64,000 nucleotides of DNA. It comes from an uncultured archaeon (lineage in GTDB: Archaea; Thermoproteota; Nitrososphaeria; Nitrososphaerales; Gagatemarchaeaceae). Shown piece after piece: positions 1 through 9,778 of the stretch; positions within the stretch are counted from its first letter, which is position 1, and every line of letters begins with the position of its first letter. Made by a program: the position numbers and the translations under genes. The stretch spans positions 928,001 to 992,000 of the forward strand of contig CAWFOU010000001.1 of the NCBI GenBank assembly GCA_963817525.1. Reading direction: 5' to 3'. A model generated the notes under the pieces. It saw only the letters and a program-made list of their open reading frames with translations. It ran no database searches and had not been told where the DNA came from.

Positions 1-243
1 TGTGCTCGGCCATGAAGTACCCCTTGCCGCAGCGGGGGCATTCCTTCTTCAGCCGCTCCGCGGTCTCGCCGCTCACCTTGTAGAGCTTCCAGACCTGGAC
101 GTTGGCGCGGGGCTTGCGCTCCTTTCGTACCTTGCGTACCTTTGGGGCCTCCACTGCTTCGGCTCCCGGAGGGGCCGGCGTGGCAGCCGCGGGCGCTGGC
201 GCAGGCGCGCTGCGGGCGGAGGAGCCTTTGCTTTTTGGGACAT
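1..243 (-). CDS. rps27ae: 30S ribosomal protein S27ae (3' end runs off the window)
   Basis: Manual translation from ATG at 243: MSQKSKG...VWKLYKVSGETAERLKKECPRCGKGYFMAEH; TAATG overlap with the rps24e stop; not in the ORF track. Confidence 0.92.
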
Positions 244-605
244 TACTTCTTCTTGCCTGCCGTTGCCTGTTGCTTAGCCTGAGCCGCAGCCTGCTGGGCC
301 TTCTTCCTTGCCTCCTTGGCGGCCTTCCTCTCGTCCTTGGTCATCAGCCTCTCGGCCAGATAGCCCGGGGAGACCGCCTTGAGGGAGGCCTCGGTGTCGT
401 ACACCCTGAAGGTGCCGACGAGGTCCTGGGAGCCTGACCCCGAGGCGAGCTTGATGAGCGACACCCTGTTCTCCTCGACCTTCATGGACTGGGCGACCTC
501 CTTCACCGCGTCCCTCCTGCTAAGGGCCCCCGCCTTCAAGGGGAAGAGCACCTCGACGTCGGTGCGCCCGAGGAGTTTCGAGTCCTTCTTCTCAACAATC
601 TGCAA
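243..605 (-). CDS. rps24e: 30S ribosomal protein S24e
   Basis: MQIVEKKDSKLLGRTDV N-terminus; canonical position between DUF359 and S27ae. Confidence 0.88.
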   Translation of the reverse strand: MQIVEKKDSKLLGRTDVEVLFPLKAGALSRRDAVKEVAQSMKVEENRVSLIKLASGSGSQDLVGTFRVYDTEASLKAVSPGYLAERLMTKDERKAAKEARKKAQQAAAQAKQQATAGKKK

Positions 606-676
606 TCTTGCGTTCGAACACCCCGCGAGGCGGGGTGATTAAAGGCATTTCGGCCTGTCCGGCGAAAGTCAGGGGG

Positions 677-1217
677 TCAGGCCGACATCTGCTTCAAGAT
701 GGCGCGGGCGCTCGCCTTTGACCTTGCGTCGACCTTCACGGCGACCACGCCCTGGAGGGGCTGGCCGTAGAAGACGACGGCCCCCAGCGGGGCGTCTATC
801 ACCGCCGGGATGGTGAGGAGGTCCTCCTCTCCGTCGATCAGAACCATCACGGGCTTCTCCCCGGCGAAGGCCCTCTTCATCGCGCCGAGGGCGGCCTTTG
901 TTATGCGCCCGGCCGGGTTCTTCGCCCTGATGGTAGGGCCGTGGGCGATGTGGGGAATCTCGCGGGGGGTCCTGCGCTCCACTCCGTCGACCACGAAGAC
1001 ATCGGGGGACCGCCCGGTGGTCTCCTGGATGGTCTCGGTCACCCTGTCCCCGACCGTGACCACGAACTGGCGAGCGCACGACGAGGGCGAGGAACTCCTC
1101 TCCCCGGACCTCGGCGGCGGGGAAGAGCCTGCCCAGGGGCTTCTTGAGCTTCCTTCTGAGGGATGGTGTGAGCACCCTGTCGCCCGCGGGAGGCCTAGGC
1201 GAGGCTCTCGCCTTCAA
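677..1217 (-). CDS. GTP-dependent dephospho-CoA kinase (DUF359), frameshift near 1068
   Basis: LRRKLKKPLGRL in one frame, VTVGD...IDGEEDLL...YGQP in another; conserved spt4-DUF359-rps24e order. Confidence 0.85.
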
Positions 1218-1221
1218 GGGC

Positions 1222-1410
1222 CTAGCTTACCTTGAGAGCGTATCGACCGGGTACGGTGATGTTGAGCGTCTGCGCGACGTTGGAGTGCTGCACGTCCAGC
1301 ACGATGATGAGCCCTGACCACTCGCTGCTGAGCTCGTTGGAGTGGTCGTTGGGGCATACCTTGTCGTGGGTGAGCATGTGGCACTTCCTGCACGCCTGCT
1401 CTCTCGCCAT
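1222..1410 (-). CDS. spt4: Transcription elongation factor Spt4 (RpoE'')
   Basis: ACRKC...CP...SSEWSGLIIV...PGRYALKV. Confidence 0.93.
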   Translation of the reverse strand: MAREQACRKCHMLTHDKVCPNDHSNELSSEWSGLIIVLDVQHSNVAQTLNITVPGRYALKVS

Positions 1411-1440
1411 GCTACTGTCACTCTCTCCTCTGGTCTCGCG

Positions 1441-2022
1441 CTAGGCCGCTCTTGCGGCCGCCTTCGCCTGCTTCTGGACCTTGTTGACCTCTTCCTCCAC
1501 CCACTCGAGGGCGCCGAGGAAGGGCTGGCGACAGGTCACGCCTATCTTGCCCATCGATATGCCGTGGCCGAGGCTCACCGCGGTGATCCTCACTCGTACC
1601 TTGCTCCCGACCTTGAGGGTCCGCTTGCTCTGGGAGGCGGTGATCACGCCCGACTTTACGTCGCTCGTGAGGTAGTCGTCCATGATCTGGCTCAGGTGCA
1701 GGAGGGCGTCCGTCGGGCCTATCCTGACGAAGGCCCCAAAGTCCGTGATCTCGACTATCTCTCCCTCCACTATCTCCTGCTTGAGCGGGAAGAACGAAAG
1801 GACCTGGAACCTCACCTTGTGGTAGGTGGCGCCGTCGCCGGGGATTATCTTCCCTATCTTGTCTACCTTCACGTTGTTGACGAGGACGAGGTACCCGTTC
1901 TCGGGGCTGATGGTGCTCTCGTACTTTTGCTTGAGCAGGTCGAGCGCCACGTTCTCGAGGTTGTTTCCGAATTTGTCGGGGGGGACCCTGACCACGTCTT
2001 CAAGTTCGACTAGTTGAAACAT
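1441..2022 (-). CDS. rpoE: RNA polymerase subunit Rpo7 (RpoE')
   Basis: DVVRVPP, IIPGDGATY, S1 domain FGAFVRIGPTDALLHLSQIMDD. Confidence 0.95.
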   Translation of the reverse strand: MFQLVELEDVVRVPPDKFGNNLENVALDLLKQKYESTISPENGYLVLVNNVKVDKIGKIIPGDGATYHKVRFQVLSFFPLKQEIVEGEIVEITDFGAFVRIGPTDALLHLSQIMDDYLTSDVKSGVITASQSKRTLKVGSKVRVRITAVSLGHGISMGKIGVTCRQPFLGALEWVEEEVNKVQKQAKAAARAA

Positions 2023-2135
2023 GATATACCCTAGGTAGAGTTTCGGCCTTTTCCAACCCTAGAAAAAGATTTCGATGTCTGTCGGATTTCAGTTCGCAAA
2101 GGGCAGAGCGAAGTGCGTTTCCACCCTGCAAACGC

Positions 2136-2558
2136 TCAGGCGTAGACCCGTCCGCCCCGGAGGGTGATAACCGTCTGCACCCGGGAGGCGCGCAGCCTCT
2201 CCGCCAGCTCGGAGTCGATGGTCGCGACCGCGGCCCCCTCGCGAAGGGCGTAGGAGATTATCTCGTCGTCGGGCTTGCCCTTGCCGTCGGGCTCCAGGGC
2301 GAAGGCCCCCTCGTCGAGCAGCTTGAGCGCGAGGGCGGCGAACTTGCCCGTCTTGTCCCTCTTGGCTGCGAGCCGGGCGAGCTCGTCGCGCACCGACGCG
2401 AGGATTACTGGGGTGAAGCCGCCCAGCTTCTCGGCGATGTCCCCGCTCCAGGGGGTGGGGTGCTCCATCACGGCGACGAGGAAGCTGCTGTCGAAAGCCA
2501 CGGGCCGCTTCTTTCGGGCGGTTTGGGCGCGGGCCTTAGCGGACGAGGCCTGAGCCAA
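2136..2558 (-). CDS. PIN-domain protein (Fcf1/Utp24-like)
   Basis: FDSSFL, DDEII and VATIDSEL PIN motifs; typical location downstream of eIF2g; start uncertain. Confidence 0.8.
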   Translation of the reverse strand: MAQASSAKARAQTARKKRPVAFDSSFLVAVMEHPTPWSGDIAEKLGGFTPVILASVRDELARLAAKRDKTGKFAALALKLLDEGAFALEPDGKGKPDDEIISYALREGAAVATIDSELAERLRASRVQTVITLRGGRVYA

Positions 2559-3806
2559 TCAGGCGCCACCTCTCGGCGATCCTCCTGCTAATCGCGACGC
2601 GGCCCCCGTCCTCGGCGACGACGGGCTTCTTCAGGTCGAGCTCCGCCACCGTGTCTCGGGCGGAGGTGACCGTCCCCAGCGTGGAGGCGGTCCCGACGTT
2701 GAGCCTGAGCGTCTCGGTCGCCTTCACCTTGTCCACCCTGATGAGCGCGGACGACCCGACGGCCTGGTCGAAGAGCTGGAGGTCGACGGTGATGTGCGTC
2801 CTCACGGGCGGCAGGCTGCCGGGCTTGCCCACGAGATTGCCCACGAGGACGTCGCCCTTTGTGAGGCGAGGGTCGAGGGCGGTCCCAAGGGCGATGAGGC
2901 CTCCGGGGCCTACCTTCTGCGTCATGCCCGCCCCCGTCCCGAGGCTCGCGACCTGGGTGGCGATCGGCGTGAACTTGCCGCTCCTCTCCTCGAGGAGGCC
3001 CGGCGATATCTCGATCTCGTCCCCGACGCTGATCTCCCCGCGCACGAGGCTCCCCCCGAGGACTCCCCCGACGAGGGCCTTTACGTCCGCGCCTGGCCTG
3101 TTGACGTCGAAGCTCCTCAGGATGTACATCTGGGAGGCGGCGGTGAGGTCGTGCTTGGGGGTCGGGATGTTCTCCTCTATGGCCTCTATCAGCGCGTCGA
3201 TGTTGATCCTGTTCTGGGCGGAGACCGGGATGACGGGGGCGTCGGCGCCCACCGTGTTGGCGAGGAACTGCTTGATCGCCTCGTAGTTCTTCTTCGCCCC
3301 CTCGGAGTCCACCCTGTCTATCTTGTTCTGGACCACGACCATCTTCTTCATCCCCAGCATCTGCAGCGCGAGCATGTGCTCCCTGGTCTGTGGCATGGGG
3401 ACGGGCTCGTTGGCGGTGATGACCAGGATGACCCCGTCCATCAGCGCGGCCCCCGCGAGCATGTTGGTCATCAGGCTCTCGTGGCCGGGGCAATCCACGA
3501 AGCTCACCGCACGGAGGAAGTTGGTGGGCTTGCCGCATATTGGGCAGACGGGCGAGGTGGAGTACGCCTCAGGAGGGGGCGTCTCGGGGCACTTGTAAAA
3601 GGCCGCGTCCGCGTACCCGACCTTGATGGTGATCCCCCGCTTAAGCTCCTCGCTGTGGGCGCTCGCCCAGACCCCGGTTATTGCTTGCACGATGGAGGTC
3701 TTCCCACTATCTACGTGACCTGAGTGCCGATGTTGCACTCGGGCTGCTTGGGAATCAGCCGCTGGACCTCTGCGGGCGGCGCGGTCGTGGACTGCTGTTG
3801 GGACAT
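2536..3806 (-). CDS. eif2g: Translation initiation factor aIF2 gamma, frameshift near 3724
   Basis: GHVDSGKT, EELKRGITIKVGYA, DCPGHE, QNKID, WRLIG; the N-terminal QPECNIGT lies in a shifted frame starting at ATG 3806. Confidence 0.93.
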
Positions 3807-3866
3807 TAGGAACGGATTTGCTGACGGCGAGGCTGCGTGTATTTAAGATGTTGAGGTGGACTGAGC

Positions 3867-4208
3867 CTACTGGACCTTCACGGCGTTGAGCTGGTAGACC
3901 TCGTCGTTGATCAGGCCGCCGCGCACTAGCTTCCTCCTCTTCTCCCCCTCCACGGCATTGCGGAAGCCTACGCCCTCGGTCAAGAGGACGTACCTCTTCC
4001 CTCCACCGAGGATGTCGGCGCGCATGGGGAAGCCCGCCTTGTCACTCCCGCCGGTGATCTTGACCTTGTAGTTCTGCCCGACCGGGGTGAGGTCGACGGT
4101 GTCGCCCAGCCGCCTACCCATGAAGAGCAGGGCGGTCGCGTCCTTGGCCTCGAGGACCTCGGACTTGCCGGTCTTGGCGTCGCTTACTACGATTTTGAAC
4201 GCGGGCAA
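3867..4208 (-). CDS. rps6e: 30S ribosomal protein S6e
   Basis: KITGGSDKAGFPMR, GEKRRKLVRG. Confidence 0.95.
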   Translation of the reverse strand: MPAFKIVVSDAKTGKSEVLEAKDATALLFMGRRLGDTVDLTPVGQNYKVKITGGSDKAGFPMRADILGGGKRYVLLTEGVGFRNAVEGEKRRKLVRGGLINDEVYQLNAVKVQ

Positions 4209-4325
4209 CTTTCAACCACTCCCCTTGGGCTCGGTTATTAAGCAGATTGACATTCTGCTTTTCGAGCCGAGACACAGGGTTCGTAGGCGCTTAAATATCA
4301 CGCGAAGGATTGAGGTCTCGTCGAC

Positions 4326-4598
4326 ATGGCCGAGAAGATTCCTGGATGGATAGAGCGGATTCTACTTCCCCAATTGGGTGACATCAAGGGGGAAATCAAG
4401 GCAGTAAACGGCAGGGTCGACCGGCTGACAGGCAAGCTCGAAGCGCTGGAGGGGAGGATGGAGGGAGAGTTCGCCGCAGTTCATTCAGAGATTAGGCGCG
4501 TCGACGAGAAGGTCGGGAACTTCGAAAAAATGCTCAAGCTGGCCGACAGGATGACGGTGGTCGAGAGCAGGGTCTCTACCCTGGAATCGCTCAAGTGA
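4326..4598 (+). CDS. Small coiled-coil hypothetical protein
   Basis: 90 aa with heptad pattern; TTAAATA TATA-like box upstream. Confidence 0.65.
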   Translation: MAEKIPGWIERILLPQLGDIKGEIKAVNGRVDRLTGKLEALEGRMEGEFAAVHSEIRRVDEKVGNFEKMLKLADRMTVVESRVSTLESLK

Positions 4599-4605
4599 GC
4601 CGCGA

Positions 4606-7600
4606 CTAAAAGCCGTAGAGCATGTCCTTCGCGGAGCGGATGGCGACTATCTCTTCGAGGGCCTGCAGGTCGTCCGGGGAGAGGGTGGACGCGTACTTGC
4701 CCTTTAGGATCTTCGCGTCGTGGCTCGTGGGGATCGAGTAGAGGTCCTCGTCCTCCTTGATCGTCCTGCCGAGGGTGGGGCCCTTCACCGAGATGGCCAC
4801 CTGCATACCCTTCCCGGCCTCCGCGATGTTCTTGCCGTTCTCCTGGATCTGCTCGACCACTCCCACCTCCTCCCCCTTCTGGTTCATCAGCCGCACCTTG
4901 GGGCGTAGCCGCCCCGCGAGGACCTCGACCCCGAAGACCGCGGGGTCGTTCCTCCTGAAGAAGTTCCCCTTCAGGGCCTTCACCTTGGCGGGCATCGTCA
5001 CGCTCTGGAGCGCGGTCCTCTCGTCCTCCTCCTTCTCCTTCGCGGCCCACTGGACGTATCCCTCGACCGCGTCGTAGATGACCTCGGAAGTGATTATCTG
5101 GACGCGCTCCGCGCTCTCCTTCGCCTCGGGGAGGACCTTGACGTCGAACCCGATTATCGCGCCCAGGTATGGGTCGCGCTCGGCGACCGCCTCGGCCTCG
5201 ATTATCTCCGCCTTGGAGATGTCCCCGATGTCCGCTAGGCGGACGGGGATGGCCCGCTCCTCGAGCATCTTGAGGAGCGCCTCCAGGCCCCCGATGCTCC
5301 CCGCCTTGACGACGACCCCGACGCTGTCGCTCTTCCGCCTCAGGGTGCTCAGGTCCTTCTCGAGGTCTGTCTTCAGCGTCGCGAACTCGGCCTCGTCCCG
5401 GAAGGTCATGACCGCGGTCCCCGGGATGACCCCCTCGAGGTCGGGGCTGACCAGCTTGACTCCGGCGGCGGCGTAGACCTCTTCCACGGCGGTGAACTTG
5501 TCCCTCGGGTCGCGCATCTCGTCGAGGGGCTTGGGCATGAAGAGTGCCTTGACCTTGGTCTGCGCGGCCCCGTCGCGCTTCACTATCACTATCTTGTCGC
5601 CCACGTGGAGGGTCCCGTCGGTGAGGATGATGTTCGCGGTCTGCCCCATCCCGACCTCCTCCTGGAGCTCGAGGACTATGCCCTTCGACCTCCCCGAGAC
5701 GTCGGCCGCGCCCTGGGCGAGCTTGGTGGTCAGGAACTGCTGGGCGAGCCCGATGAGGACGGCGAGGAGCTCGGGGATGCCCACGCCGTACCTCGCTGAG
5801 ACGGGGACTATCGAGACCTGCTTGCGAAAGTCCTTGATGCGATAGAAGGCCTCCGCCTGGAAGCCAGCCCTGGAGAGCCCGCCGACGACGTTGTAGAGGC
5901 GCTCCTCGAGCTCGTCGTTCCACTCAGGGGGCTGCAGCTTGAGAGCGGCGGACAGCGCGATGCTCCCCTTGCCCGTCACGGTGTCCTTTCGCCAGCCCCT
6001 TATCATGTCCACCTTGTTGAGGGCGACCAGGAAGGGGACGTGCCTCTCCTTGAGTATCTCGATGCTCTCCATCGTCTGGTTCTCGAGGCCCTTCAGGACG
6101 TCGACCAGGAGGATGGCGATGTCAGCGGCAGAGCCGCCGCGCATCCTCAGGTTGGAGAAGACCTCGTGCCCCGGCGTGTCGATGACGAGCAGGCCCGGGA
6201 TCTTCAGCGAGCCCCCCGTTTTCGAGAGAAGGGGGCCGCATATCGCCTCGAGTGTCTCCATCGGGAAGAAGCTGGCGCCGATCTCCTGGGTGATCCCGCC
6301 CGCCTCGCGGGCCTGGACCCCCGTCCCTCTTATTTTGTCGAGAAGAGATGTGTTGTGGATTATCAGGCTGTTGCCAAGGAAGTTGTGATAGTCGTCGACC
6401 GTGAAGTCGTAGACGTCGCATGCCCCTTCGATCACCTGCAAGCCCGAGACTTGGACGCTGGCGTAGTTGTTGATGGTCTCGACGAGAGCCTTGCTGTCGT
6501 AGCCGGGGAGCGCTTGGGGGAGGTGCCTTACGACGTCCCGGCTTATCTTCGAGCGCGTCTGAAAGGTGCTGATCTGGAAGTGCTCGTCCCAGTTGACCCT
6601 CTGACCTTCCCTGATCTTCCTTAGGAACTCACCGGGTATGGGGGTGATGTCGAAGACCCGGTTCGTCTCGGATGTCTGCGTCTTGATCTTTGCTGCCAGC
6701 ATCTTCTCTTTTTCCCCAAAGCCGATCTGGTCGACGAAAGCCCTGACGTTGTCCCTCCCGCTGATGAATACCTCTCTGCTATGGCCGCCCTTCCCGAAAT
6801 AGGCCAGGCAGCCGAACCTCGCGAGCAGCATCGGCAGTTGCCTCATCAGCTCCGCGCCCTCGCACCCGACCCCGATGTTCCTCCCTTCCTGGACGAAACC
6901 TTCCGCGTCGAAGAATCCGCGGAGGAACTTTGCGACGACGGGATCCGGCATCATCGAGATGGTGTCCGGGACGTGGATTGACCTGCTCTTGTCAGCCGTC
7001 GGATAGTCGAAGACCTCCACGAGGAACCGGTGAAGCGACTTGCCACCCTTGTGGCTCACGATGAAGCTCGTCCGGCGCCATGCCTTGCTCGCTCCCACGC
7101 CAAAGGGCAGTTCGAGGTTGATGAGGAAAAGGTCCATCAAGTAAGTGGACGTGTTGGCAAGGTACCCAGATTCCGCGACGCCGTCCCCGAAAAGCAGGCC
7201 GACGAGATACGCTAGGGCCTCGAATCCCTTCTCGTCCTTTGGCACCGCTATCCACGGTGATCGGTGGGAGGCGCGTCTCTTTCGAGAGGCGAACTTCACG
7301 CCTTCGACTTGGTCGTAGGCGTCGGCCAGGGAGATCCCCACCTCCTTGACCGCGTTCCGAAACACGCTCGCTCTGAAGTATCCTTGCTCGAGGTGAAAGA
7401 TGAACTGGGAGTCCCCGAGGTCCTTCCCAACCCTTTGCCTTCGTCCGTTCGAGAAGGCGACCAGCTTGGCTACGAGAGGTTGGGAGGCTCTGACCAGGAA
7501 ATCGTCGGAGAGTCTGGCCAGGATCCTCGACTTGACGGCCTCTAGCCCGTTTGAGGTGACGTTGACCCTCGCGGGGATCACAAGGTGGTCGCCTAGCGAC

Positions 7601-7989
7601 AGACGCTGGGCTTCTACATAGGAGAGCTCCCCGTTGGCAGACATGGCGAGGAACTTGTGCTCGGGGGTGCACCTGACGGCGTAGCCTGCTTTGGTCGTGA
7701 CCTCGATAAGCCGGTCGGCCCTGAGCTTCCAGACGTGCGACGCTCGTTTGGCTATGACCCTACCTTCCGGCGAGGTCGATAGTAGTTCCAAACCCTTCGC
7801 TTCGAAGGAGACGCCGTCTGGTCTTTCGATAGGTTGGCCTGACTTGAATTCCTGGAAGAGCGCGTCCGCCCTGGCCACCCTACCGTCCGCAAGTTGGATG
7901 AGAGTGTCAGCGCTGACGCACTTGCCGGCATCCGTGTGCCCCAGCACGACTACGACTGGTTGTCGGAGTTTTTGTTCTGACTGGGACAT
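4606..7989 (-). CDS. infB: Translation initiation factor aIF5B (IF2), intein-containing
   Basis: LRQPVVVVLGHTDAGK|intein|TSLLDKIRGT, EAGGITQEIGA, IDTPGHE, NKVD. Confidence 0.96.
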   Translation of the reverse strand: MSQSEQKLRQPVVVVLGHTDAGKCVSADTLIQLADGRVARADALFQEFKSGQPIERPDGVSFEAKGLELLSTSPEGRVIAKRASHVWKLRADRLIEVTTKAGYAVRCTPEHKFLAMSANGELSYVEAQRLSLGDHLVIPARVNVTSNGLEAVKSRILARLSDDFLVRASQPLVAKLVAFSNGRRQRVGKDLGDSQFIFHLEQGYFRASVFRNAVKEVGISLADAYDQVEGVKFASRKRRASHRSPWIAVPKDEKGFEALAYLVGLLFGDGVAESGYLANTSTYLMDLFLINLELPFGVGASKAWRRTSFIVSHKGGKSLHRFLVEVFDYPTADKSRSIHVPDTISMMPDPVVAKFLRGFFDAEGFVQEGRNIGVGCEGAELMRQLPMLLARFGCLAYFGKGGHSREVFISGRDNVRAFVDQIGFGEKEKMLAAKIKTQTSETNRVFDITPIPGEFLRKIREGQRVNWDEHFQISTFQTRSKISRDVVRHLPQALPGYDSKALVETINNYASVQVSGLQVIEGACDVYDFTVDDYHNFLGNSLIIHNTSLLDKIRGTGVQAREAGGITQEIGASFFPMETLEAICGPLLSKTGGSLKIPGLLVIDTPGHEVFSNLRMRGGSAADIAILLVDVLKGLENQTMESIEILKERHVPFLVALNKVDMIRGWRKDTVTGKGSIALSAALKLQPPEWNDELEERLYNVVGGLSRAGFQAEAFYRIKDFRKQVSIVPVSARYGVGIPELLAVLIGLAQQFLTTKLAQGAADVSGRSKGIVLELQEEVGMGQTANIILTDGTLHVGDKIVIVKRDGAAQTKVKALFMPKPLDEMRDPRDKFTAVEEVYAAAGVKLVSPDLEGVIPGTAVMTFRDEAEFATLKTDLEKDLSTLRRKSDSVGVVVKAGSIGGLEALLKMLEERAIPVRLADIGDISKAEIIEAEAVAERDPYLGAIIGFDVKVLPEAKESAERVQIITSEVIYDAVEGYVQWAAKEKEEDERTALQSVTMPAKVKALKGNFFRRNDPAVFGVEVLAGRLRPKVRLMNQKGEEVGVVEQIQENGKNIAEAGKGMQVAISVKGPTLGRTIKEDEDLYSIPTSHDAKILKGKYASTLSPDDLQALEEIVAIRSAKDMLYGF
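6352..7920 (-). mobile_element. Intein (523 aa) with LAGLIDADG homing endonuclease in the aIF5B P-loop
   Basis: Starts CVSADT, block B TPEHKF, ends VYDFTV...HNFLGNSLIIHN followed by T; LVGLLFGDG and FLRGFFDAEG motifs. Confidence 0.95.
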
Positions 7990-8040
7990 ACGAAATCAGC
8001 ATTCGGGGGCCGGGGCCAGCCACCCCTAATTATCCCTTGC

Positions 8041-8499
8041 CTAGGCGCCGGGCACGGTGAACAGGGCCGATGTGGGGAGGGAGATCGCCACGCCTGAGAA
8101 GGCGACCGCGAAGAAGGTGGCATTGTATGTGCCAGCGGCGAGCCCGAACTCTACCAGCTGGGCGGCGACTATTGCCCCGGGCGCGATGGTCGCGGTGGCC
8201 TCTGAGAAGTAGACCATCTGGCTGGAGTTGTTTCGAAGCACCATGAACACTATCCCAGTCACGCCGACGGTCAGGTGGTTGCTGTAGGACACCGTGTCGG
8301 CCGTGCCGAGCGGTCCGACGCCGGGCGCCGGCGCCCCGACCATCGTCCAGACCGTCGTCCCACCCACGAAGGTGTCCGCCGAAGCGGCCGCGGCTGAGCT
8401 CAGTACGAGTAGCGCCGCGATGGCGAGGCCCGCCGTGAGGGAGGAGTTCACGTAGGTCGGAGAGGGGCGGAGCGTTTTATCTCTTGCGAAAGAGCGCAC
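8041..8499 (-). CDS. Secreted/membrane-anchored hypothetical protein
   Basis: Hydrophobic signal (AGLAIAALLVLSSAAAASA) followed by a beta-rich domain; start uncertain. Confidence 0.6.
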   Translation of the reverse strand: MRSFARDKTLRPSPTYVNSSLTAGLAIAALLVLSSAAAASADTFVGGTTVWTMVGAPAPGVGPLGTADTVSYSNHLTVGVTGIVFMVLRNNSSQMVYFSEATATIAPGAIVAAQLVEFGLAAGTYNATFFAVAFSGVAISLPTSALFTVPGA

Positions 8500-8566
8500 C
8501 GGGGCGGAGCTCCCGCTCGGTGTTGAAAAATAAAGGAGGAGAGCGAAAGGCTCGTAGCCTTTGCTC

Positions 8567-9622
8567 TTAGTTCTTGGCGCCGAACTTCAGAGGACCTAAC
8601 GAGAAGCCGTACTCTTGCTGCTGTGCGAGGAAGGTGCTCTCCACGCCGGTGAGCATGACCATGCACTTTACGCGGCCTTCGAGGGTTGGGTCCACGCGAG
8701 CGCCCCAGACGATCCTGACTCTTGGAGGTAGCGACTTGGTTACAAGTTCGCCTGCCTTGGTGACCTCCTCCAGCGTCACGTCCGAGCCGCCTGTCACGTG
8801 GACGAGTACCCCTTGAGACTTGGTCACGTCCCTGATGTCGAGCAGCTGACCTTCGATGGCTTGCCTGATTGCGACCTCTACCCTGTCGGAGCCCTTTGCC
8901 TCGCCGACACCGATGGCCGCCAGACCCTTGCGCTCACATATGGCGCGGAGGTCTGCGTAGTCGATGTTGATGAGGGAGGCTGTGGTGATGGTCTCGGTGA
9001 TGCCCTTCACGAACTGGCCTACCAGCTCGTTGGCAACTCCCAGCGCCTGCTGTAGTGGCAGGTCGCCTGCGACCTTGGACAGCTTGGTGTTGTCGATGGC
9101 CACGACGGTGTCACAGTACTGGCGGAGAACCTTCAGTGCGTTCTTCGCGTTGTCGTACCTGAACCTCTCTACAGAGAACGGCAGAGTCACGACGCCTATC
9201 ACTAGGCGGCCCTGCTTCTGCAGCTCCTTGGAGAGCACTTCTATCGCGCCCGTGCCGGTGCCTCCTCCGAGGCCTGCGCACAGGAAGATGATGTTGCTGT
9301 TTTGTGTTTCCTTCTGGAAGTCCTCAAGCGACTCCCTTGTCGCTGCCGCACCGCGCTGTGGGTACCCTCCGGCACCCTGGCCGTGCGTGAGCTTCTCACC
9401 GATTAGGATCCTGCGATCCGCCTTGGTGATGCTGAGGTGTGCTGCGTCTGTGTTGGCGGCAATGAGCTTACCGCCGGCGATGCCTCGTTCCTTGATCCAC
9501 GAGACAATGTTGCTTCCGGCTCCGCCGACACCTATGACGGTGACGTTTGGCTTTGCCATCCGCATCACTGCTGCGATCTTTTCGGCTTCTATGAAGTCCA
9601 TTCCTTCGTTGCTTACTTCCAT
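8567..9622 (-). CDS. ftsZ: Cell division GTPase FtsZ
   Basis: VIGVGGAGSN, ANTD, GLGGGTGTG tubulin signature, INIDYADL T7 loop. Confidence 0.96.
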   Translation of the reverse strand: MEVSNEGMDFIEAEKIAAVMRMAKPNVTVIGVGGAGSNIVSWIKERGIAGGKLIAANTDAAHLSITKADRRILIGEKLTHGQGAGGYPQRGAAATRESLEDFQKETQNSNIIFLCAGLGGGTGTGAIEVLSKELQKQGRLVIGVVTLPFSVERFRYDNAKNALKVLRQYCDTVVAIDNTKLSKVAGDLPLQQALGVANELVGQFVKGITETITTASLINIDYADLRAICERKGLAAIGVGEAKGSDRVEVAIRQAIEGQLLDIRDVTKSQGVLVHVTGGSDVTLEEVTKAGELVTKSLPPRVRIVWGARVDPTLEGRVKCMVMLTGVESTFLAQQQEYGFSLGPLKFGAKN

Positions 9623-9778
9623 CTTGACACTGCTATAGAAGAATTTTCTACATAACGCTTATGAATTCTGATAAGTTAACATCCGCCGAACACTAACCTA
9701 ACGCGGCATTCAGACACTTTTGTTAAAATAATTTGCTCAAGCTTATTAATGCCAAGCGAGTCCTTATCTTAACGTGTC

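Noticed and set aside
3715-3730. Programmed frameshifting in aIF2 gamma or glmS
   Set aside because: No slippery heptamer or stimulatory structure seen; several unrelated genes are affected, which points to sequence error
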